From Octopus vulgaris (lineage: Eukaryota), in the NCBI GenBank assembly GCA_951406725.2, contig OX597821.1, forward strand, positions 87,234,001-87,298,000: a stretch of 64,000 nt of DNA, given 5' to 3'. Position 1 is the first letter of the stretch; each line of letters starts with the position of its first letter. Under the pieces are notes generated by a model. That model did not search any database, had not been told where the DNA came from, and was given only the letters and a program-made list of their open reading frames with translations. Below, piece by piece: positions 56,330 to 64,000 of this stretch. The translations under genes were made by a program, and so were the position numbers.

Positions 56330-56922
56330 CTTTGTGGTATTGATTTGATCGACTCCGAAAAGATAACATGCAATGTCGACCTCGGCGGAATTTTAACTCC
56401 GAACCTAGAGACACACGGAATGCCGCTTAGCATTTTGTCCTGCACGGTAACGATTCTGTCAGCTCGCCGCCTTTTCCCTTATAAAAATAATGATCTCAAA
56501 TTTTGGCACAAGGCCAGCAATCTCGGATGGTGTAAGTCGATTGTATCGACCCCAGTGCTCAACGGGTACTTATTTTATCGACCCTGAAAAAAAAAAATGG
56601 AAAACAAAGTCGACCTTGGCGGAATTTGAACTCAGAATGTTAAGATGGCCGAAAAGCGGTTAAGTATTTTGCCGGAATGGTAACGATTCTTATTTCTATA
56701 CTGCCCACATGGGGCTAAACACAGAGAGGACAAACAAGGACAGACAAATGGATAAAGTCGGTTATATCGACCCAATTTCGTAACTGGTATTTATTTAATC
56801 GACCCCGAAAGGATGAAAGGCAAGTCGACCTCGGCGGAATTTTCACCCAGAACGTAGCGACAGACGAAATTCTGCTAAGCATTTCGCCCGGCGTGCTAAC
56901 GCTTCTGTCAGCTCGCCGCCTT
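56330..56922 (-). mobile_element. Cluster of three family B SINEs
   Basis: Repeated family B cores. Confidence 0.8.
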
Positions 56923-56958
56923 TTCCCATTACGAAAATAAATACCACCGTATCACTAA

Positions 56959-57354
56959 TCTTTATATATAAAAGTAAGGTTGTGTGTCTGTCTCCAACGA
57001 TTTAGATTCCTAACTACTCCCACATTTTGCGGTGCAGTTTAACCAAAACCGGGTATCTTATAGTCGTGATTCATATCGAGCCCTTCTGGGTATTAGCGCG
57101 CGTCTACGATGAGTCTACGATTTAAAAAAAAATTACCATAATTTTTTTCCATTTTAATGCATTTTTCGCTATTATATAAGGGAAGTAACTCTCTAAAAAT
57201 GTCTACGATGAGTCAACGATTTAAAAAAAATTTACCATAATTTTTTTTCCATTTTTAATGCCTTTTTTTTTCTATTTTTTGGCTATAACTCTCTAAAAAT
57301 GCTTATATAGTTATTTCCCTTACAAACCCGAGCAACGCCGGGCGATACTGCTAG
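56959..57354 (+). mobile_element. Non-autonomous Helitron with internal duplication
   Basis: A|TCTTTATATATAAAA...cccgagcaacgccggg hairpin, cgatactgCTAG|T; internal repeat of about 100 bp starting gtctacgatgagtc. Confidence 0.92.
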
Positions 57355-57969
57355 TAACATATATAAAAGAATCAATCGAATCTGGATTGCCCCGCTGTAT
57401 ATTTTCATGTTTACTTTCTGAACCTGATTCACACAAAATAAGCTTGATAAAATATAAGTACAGACATACTTCAACTTACGTTAGTTCCAAGACATATGCG
57501 ACTTAACTCGAAAAACAACGTAACACGAGGAAACATTTTAAAAACTAAATTAGCTTATATCTGTTTTACTAAATGTTTTCTTCATATTTTCACATGTATT
57601 TCATTTGGTTTTCCTCTTCGATATTTGTTTGTTGGAGCTTTTATAATTTTTATTCTTTTAGATATGTTCGCTGAGACCAACGTAAATTTGGATAAATCGA
57701 CTGAAGTTGCTTACGCAAGATTTTAATCACAAAAACACAGAAACAAATGTGGAAATAATGAATAATATGTAAAACGAATAAGAAATTGTTGCAAAATATT
57801 ACCAAATCGTTAATTTTAATAAAATATCTCTGAAAATAATAGAAAGAGGCTATCTTTTTCACACATACTGTATATATATGTCTACTCATTAGCTCAAAGC
57901 CACAAATGATTTGTAGTTATCGATTTGAATCGACCCCAATACATATACACGTGTGTGTGTATGTGTGTG

Positions 57970-58645
57970 TGAGTGGTTAAGATATTCGTCCCACGATCGT
58001 CATGTTCGTGAGTTCGATTCCTAGGAGCGCGTTGTGCTGTTGAGCAAGACATTCTGTTTCACGTTGCTCCAATCCACTCACTTCTTTTACTCTTTTACTT
58101 GATTCAGTCATTTGACTGCGGCCATGCTGGAGCACAACCTTTAGTCGAGCAAATCGACCCCAGGACTTATTCTTTGTAAGCCTAGTACTTATTCTATCGA
58201 TTTCTTTTGCCGAACCGATAAGTTACGGGGACGTAAACACACCACCATCGGTTGTCAACACACAAACGACGGGCTTCTTTCAGTTTCCGTCGACCAAATC
58301 CACTCACAAGGTTTTGGTCGGTTCTAGGCTATAGTAGAAGACACTTGTCCAAGGTGCCACGCTGTAGGACTGAACCAGGAACCATGTGGTTGGTAAGCAA
58401 GCTACTTACCACACAGCCACTCCTACGCCTATAGGAGTGGCGCCTGGCAAAAATGAATGAGTAGTACCTGTATTTTAAAGGGCCAGCCTTGTCGCACTCT
58501 GTGTCACGCTGAATCTCTCTGAGAACTACGTGAAAGGTATGCGTGTCTGTGGAGTTCTCAGCCGCTTGTACGTTAATTTCACGACCAGGCTGTTCCGTTG
58601 ATCGGATGAATTGAAATATTCATTGTCGTAATCGATAGAGTGCCT
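57970..58645. mobile_element. Family C SINE (+) interrupted by a family A SINE (-, 58084-58430)
   Basis: CORE-like ccaatccactca is interrupted and resumes at ctggcaaaaatg. Confidence 0.82.
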
Positions 58646-58673
58646 CTGTGCGTGCGTGTGTGTATTTGTGTGT

Positions 58674-58727
<54 letters not shown>

Positions 58728-58733
58728 TATATT

Positions 58734-58952
58734 TATTTCTTTACTACCCACAAGGGGCTACACACAGAGGGGACAAATAAGGACAGACAAACGGATTACG
58801 TCGACCCCAGTGCGTAACTGGTACTTAATTTATCGACCTCGAAAGGATTAAAGGCAAAGTCGACCTCGGCGGAATTTGAACTCAGAACGTAACGGCAGGC
58901 GAAATACAGCTACGCATTTCGCCCAGCGTGCTAACGTTTCTGCCAGCTCGCC
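58734..58952 (-). mobile_element. Family B SINE with about 16-bp TSD
   Basis: gtgtgtgaattatatt on both sides. Confidence 0.88.
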
Positions 58953-60554
58953 GAGTGTGTGAATTATATTGTTACAACGATCCCGGAAGGGCGAACAGCA
59001 GAATGAACTTCAGCGGGGTTCGAACTGAGAAAGTAATCTAAGTAAATTCGCCAAAGCCTTTATTTAGTCCGGCATTCTATCAATATATTCACTCGACTTT
59101 TTTCACCAATAATATATAAATTAATCAAGTGACTTTCGTAAATTCTTACACATTTTCGGAAAAGAGGAAATGAGATTGTGTGACTTAATTCTTTTTCTAA
59201 GCGCATTAGTGGTGTAAGTGAAAACTACTTGGAAAGCGTATTACAGATACCGTTAATCAGAAGCTAATCTCTACGGTGTTCGCTCAGAGAACAGCTACAA
59301 TGACGACAACGTATAACGGTAACAAATATAAAAGTCAATATACACTCGAATGTCTATGCGGCTGTGTGTTTAAGAAGAAAAAAAAAACGTCTGTTAAGAG
59401 ACAGAGTGGAATGGTTTAAGATTTGAAGACTTCGCAGCAAGAAGTCTTACAGAAAATGTTCGTGACTGATATGCAGACTCATTTAATGCAGGAATTCCGC
59501 GAAGTTTTTCGTTAGAAATAAGGAAACTAGCTGTCTTTGATATCATTTCCATTATAATGACATGAAGAATTTTAAGAATTTATGCAAAAATTACGCACGC
59601 GTGTATTATATGCGTCAATATAACTGATTGCGTGCGTGTGTGTGTGTGTGTTAGTGTGTGTGTGAGAGAGAGAGAGTGTGTGTGCGTGTGTGTATGTGTG
59701 TGTTACAGTATTAAGTTTGCATGTGTATGAATATGTACGATTGTGTATAAGTGTGTATATGTATATATATGTATAATGTACGTGAATGTGTATAAATAAC
59801 TTTGTTTTTGTAAGCTTTTTTTGTATATGTTTCTAAGCTCGACCATAGTTTTTTTTTGGTTTCAGTTTTCTGGCACAAGGCCAGCAACTTTGGGGAGAGG
59901 ATTAAGTCGATTACATCGACCCCCAGTATTCAACTAGTACTTATTTTATCACCCCCGAAAGGATAAAAGGCAAACTCGACCTCAATGGAATTTGAACTCA
60001 GAACGTAAATACGTAAGAAATGCTGCTAAGCATTTTGCCCAGCCTGCAGACGATTCTGCCAGCAGACGACTCAGCAGACGATTCAGCAGACGATTCAGCC
60101 AGCCGACGATTCTGCCAACTCGCCGCCCTACCCCAGTGTATTATTGACGGTTATTTTATTAATCTTTTTATGATGAAAAAGTTTAAAATGGTTGATCCTA
60201 ACATAAAATTCTAAGGTTCAGGTCCCACCAGCTAAAATGAATAAAAATTCACCAGTTGTCAAAAATCTTAAAGTTTCAACAATTTTGTTTCTACAAGGAC
60301 GAGCAGTCAAGTGATTTACAGCTGTGAGTTATTTGTCTAGAGGAACATACTGATACATTGGATAACAGAACAGATGTTTTCTCCAGAAATAAGACTCAAT
60401 GTACTTATTGTATACATCTCCATTCCCTTTCCACTCTTCAAATACCTTGCCGTGTACACACGGCTTTGACGCAATCTTTTGTGCTACTGGGAAAAATTAA
60501 AATTTATTTAAAGGGAAAAATTTGACAAGTCAGTCAATCACCGGCTGACACTCG

Positions 60555-60780
60555 CTGACGATACATCGAAGAGGCCAGGGAACAGAAGAAAGAAGAAGAA
60601 AGAAGACATGCACCCAACACCAGGGCTGAAGACACCTCCGAAAGGGGGGGAACGCCACGTCAAAACGGTAGAGGAGTAGGGGCCGAAACCGGACGTGGTT
60701 CCTCCTGATGATGTCTTGAGCTAACTGGATCCTATAAAGGAGTTGTTGTGGTAGCAGACCACGAAACACGGTTGTAATTC
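60555..60780 (+). ncRNA. GC-rich cluster of hammerhead core motifs
   Basis: CTGACGA at 60555, CTGAAGA at 60626, CTGATGA at 60705; GAAAC at 60685 and 60763; several complementary segments. Confidence 0.5.
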
Positions 60781-61049
60781 CTGAATCGTCGTATAACTCA
60801 CAGGAATGACTTTCTCATTGACACTCAAATATTTTTCCGAAAAAAAAAAAATGAGCTTTTCTCAACGAGCAGATTTAAATATTGTACTACGACTTAGTAA
60901 CAGAATCTGCAATTTTATATGGATTCCGCTTCTAACAGAGGTGGTGTATTCAGGCTGCCCTGTGGTGCCAATCTGGGGCTTCGTGTATTTTTTTTTGCCT
61001 TAAGTTCCTCGGTCATAAGTGCAACGAAGTACCATTGACTAGATACGTA

Positions 61050-61830
61050 CCTAAGACCTTTGGCAATTGTTCGCCAGGAGCTTGCCCACTAAGTTAGCCA
61101 TACTTCCACTACTCTTAGAACCCGAATTAAATCCTCTGTATGGTGTATAGATATGGTTTTGGAACACAGATTTTAAATATCTCAAAATGTTCCAATACTA
61201 AACATAAACTCGCATTAACAATATAATGTATGAAGAAAACCAAAGTTTCTTTATTAATAATGAATTGCTAGCTTGCTAGTTTGAGAAATATCTTCAAATG
61301 ACCAACGTAATTTAGAAATTTAATTGCAAACACGACAGATATTATGTTTATGGATCCAAATGCTATATTAAATACATTAGGAAATGTTTTATCGTAAAGG
61401 CTATATACACACTTGAAAGATAAAGCTATTTGTAACACATTAAAAATATATTAAAGCGAAAAGCTAAGTGGATAAAACAAATAAAAATACTTTAGAACAA
61501 CACCACTCTTACAAAAACGGATGTCTTATTTATAAAATCGATTTTACTAACTGTATGCCAAAATCTTACATACAATTACTACATTCAGACTATTACATTT
61601 AGATTATCACGTTTAGATAGTATCGCTAAATTCTGACACTAATAATCGAAAGTTTTAAATCCAGAAGCAGCCAATGAAATACAAAAGATATTATCAGCCA
61701 ATACCCTCTTCGATTAAAGTCAAAAGCTGCAACAACGTGATGTATGATGGAATGGCAGAGTACCAACGCTCCGTTTCATAATATAAACCGTTCATGAGAG
61801 AGAACAATTAATAGTCAACACTGTTATAAA
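61050..61830 (+). pseudogene. Highly decayed PLE C-terminus (thumb plus GIY-YIG-like endonuclease)
   Basis: Broken peptides ACPL, RTRIKSSVW, FLINNE, GCLIYKIDFTNCMPKSYIQ/TT.RLLH.RLS, IQKILSANT and TINSQ, in the order expected for a PLE ORF end. Confidence 0.45.
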
Positions 61831-62319
61831 AGACAAATACTATAAAACGAAATATGAAGAAAGTAAGAACTGAATATAGTCTTGCTTTCTGATTATACAC
61901 GTTTAAAAGGGACGCATTTTTCAGTAATACTTTCTATAAATTAATAGATATTTTCAATTAGTCTAAAGAGTAGAATATACATACATACATACATACATAC
62001 ATACATACATACATACATACATACATACATACATACATACATACATACTGTTGTGGAAGGATTCCGTCGAGTGACTAAAGGTGAACTGTCTCATTGTAAA
62101 TAAGTAAAGAACTGTGAGCAACTGGCAGTTCAGGTTGGTTAGCAGTTCACTGTGAGCCGTGATTGAGAGCGGTAAGTCTCGTATAATAGTAGTGTGTTAT
62201 GCAAATACTTTCTTTTCCCCCGGCTTCGTTAAATTATATAAGCAAATACAAGAATATATAACATACATACTTGCATGTATATATGTATCTATGCATGTAT
62301 GTGTGTGTGAGCATATGTA

Positions 62320-62425
62320 CGAGGGGTGTATGAAAAATCTTGAGCCTCAAAAAAGCAAAACATAGTAAAGACTTCTGATGAAGGTACAAGTCTTCAAGAC
62401 TCAAAACTTTTCATACACCCCCGCG
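62320..62425. mobile_element. Mariner-type MITE (family of 53146-53262)
   Basis: TA-cgaggggtgtatgaaaa...ttttcatacacccccgcg-TA. Confidence 0.82.
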
Positions 62426-62734
62426 TATATAGCTGTGAGGTAGCAGAATCGTAAGCACGTCGGACAAAATGCATAGTGGAATTTCTTCGGGCTTTTTACG
62501 TTCTGAGTTCAATTCCTGCCGAAGTCAGCTTTGCTTTTCATTCTTTCGGAGTCGATAAAATAAAGTACCTGACAAGTACTAGGGTCAATGTAATCGACAT
62601 GTCCCCTTCCCTAAAAAATTACTGGGTCTTGAACACTGCAACGGATCGGCGTCCTGTTAGGGGTGAGTTGTGATCTCAGTTGCTCATGGAATCCAGGCAA
62701 CTGACCTTATAAGTCTTTGGGCTCAAGAAAAATT

Positions 62735-62768
<34 letters not shown>

Positions 62769-62778
62769 AGTGTGTGTG

Positions 62779-62812
<34 letters not shown>

Positions 62813-63074
62813 GAGGCGCGTGGCTTAGTGGTTAGGGTGTTAGCATCATGATCGTAAGATTGTGGTTTCAATTCCTGAACCGGGTGACGCGTTGTGTTCT
62901 TGAGCAAAACAATTAATTTCACGTTGCTCCAGCCCACTCAGCAGGCAAAAGGGAGTAACGCTGCGGTGGACTGGCGTCCCATCCAACTGGGGAACACATA
63001 CACCATGGAAACCGAGAAACCGGGCCCATGAGCCTGGCTAGGCTTCAAAAGGGCGATTATATATATATATAAAT

Positions 63075-63297
63075 ATATATTAGAAGAAATGAGGTACTCA
63101 GAAGATCGGATGGTTTATATTTACAGATATTTATTTGTATATTACATTTTTTATATATCATATAACTTAGATCATGTATTAGCGCTCTCTCCCATTCTAG
63201 TGGGGTTTTCAAATCAAACTAAGTTCCTGTGTATCTGTAAATATCTGTAAATATAAACCATCCGATCTTCTGAGTACCTCATTTCTTCTAATATATA
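63075..63297. mobile_element. Fold-back cassette in TA-rich sequence with a degenerate hammerhead-like loop
   Basis: About 59-bp perfect inverted arms 63075-63133 and 63238-63297; internal minus-strand TTGAAAA-cccca..tggga-GAGA-gcgc-TA closed by aacttag/ctaagtt. Confidence 0.7.
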
Positions 63298-63567
63298 ATA
63301 CATGTACATCATCTCCAAACCTTCCAATATAAATATATATATATACACACATACATATATACACACATACATATATACATATATATACGTGTGTGTGCGT
63401 GTGTATGACTTACAGACATTTATATATATGTGTGTGATTGTGTATGTCAATTATAGATATACTATCTTACTCTACTAAATCTTACTACAATTTACACTAC
63501 TTTAATTTGAACATATTGTGCTGCTATCTTATTTAAAAGAACACATTACTATTTAATAAACATACAT

Positions 63568-63717
63568 AGGCACTGTGGTAGGAAACCTGCTTCCCAACCA
63601 TTTGGTTCCGGGTTTAGTCTCACTGCGTGCACCTTAAGCAAGTCTCTTCTACTATAGCCTCAGGCCGACCAAAGCCTTGTCAGTGGATTTGGTAAACAGA
63701 AACTAAAATACATCTGT

Positions 63718-63795
<78 letters not shown>

Positions 63796-63910
63796 CACAA
63801 ATTTGTATATGTATATATATACACACATATATATATGTATATGTACACACACATATATATATACATATATATGTACATATAAATATATATATACATATAT
63901 ATATATACTC

Positions 63911-63965
<55 letters not shown>

Positions 63966-64000
63966 TCATGTGTGTGTGTCTTTGCATTTGTGTTTGTCCA
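63568..64000 (+). mobile_element. Diverged SINE family A, cut by the window end
   Basis: Head and body match family A, followed by an expanded TA tract. Confidence 0.8.

Noticed and set aside
62374-62400. CTGATGA inside the mariner MITE
   Set aside because: No GAAA/stem III, and the sister copy reads TTGATGA.

Overview
AT-rich eukaryotic DNA saturated with microsatellites and transposable-element debris. The SINE and repeat inventory looks like a coleoid cephalopod, most likely Octopus; this is inferred from recalled repeat families and was not searched. I recognise no intact host gene, and most of the supplied ORFs are microsatellite translation artefacts. Supported content: several tRNA-derived SINE families (about 15 copies of family A, 20 or more of family B, several with CORE-like bodies); LINE remnants (CR1-type, two RTE-type, a (TAA)n-embedded Dong/R4-like tail, a possible Tx1-like tail); Penelope-like retroelement (PLE) remnants; Tc1/mariner and hAT elements and MITEs; and two non-autonomous Helitrons. 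The most striking signal is at least 12 hammerhead-ribozyme (HHR)-like motifs from roughly 7-8 unrelated sequence families. Many sit in short fold-back (inverted-repeat) cassettes inserted in or next to (TA)n tracts, several have non-canonical cores (CCGANGA, UUGAAAA), one is a tandem dimer, and one GC-rich cluster (60555-60780) may hold two overlapping, mutually exclusive hammerhead folds. All folds were assigned by eye and none is tested for activity.
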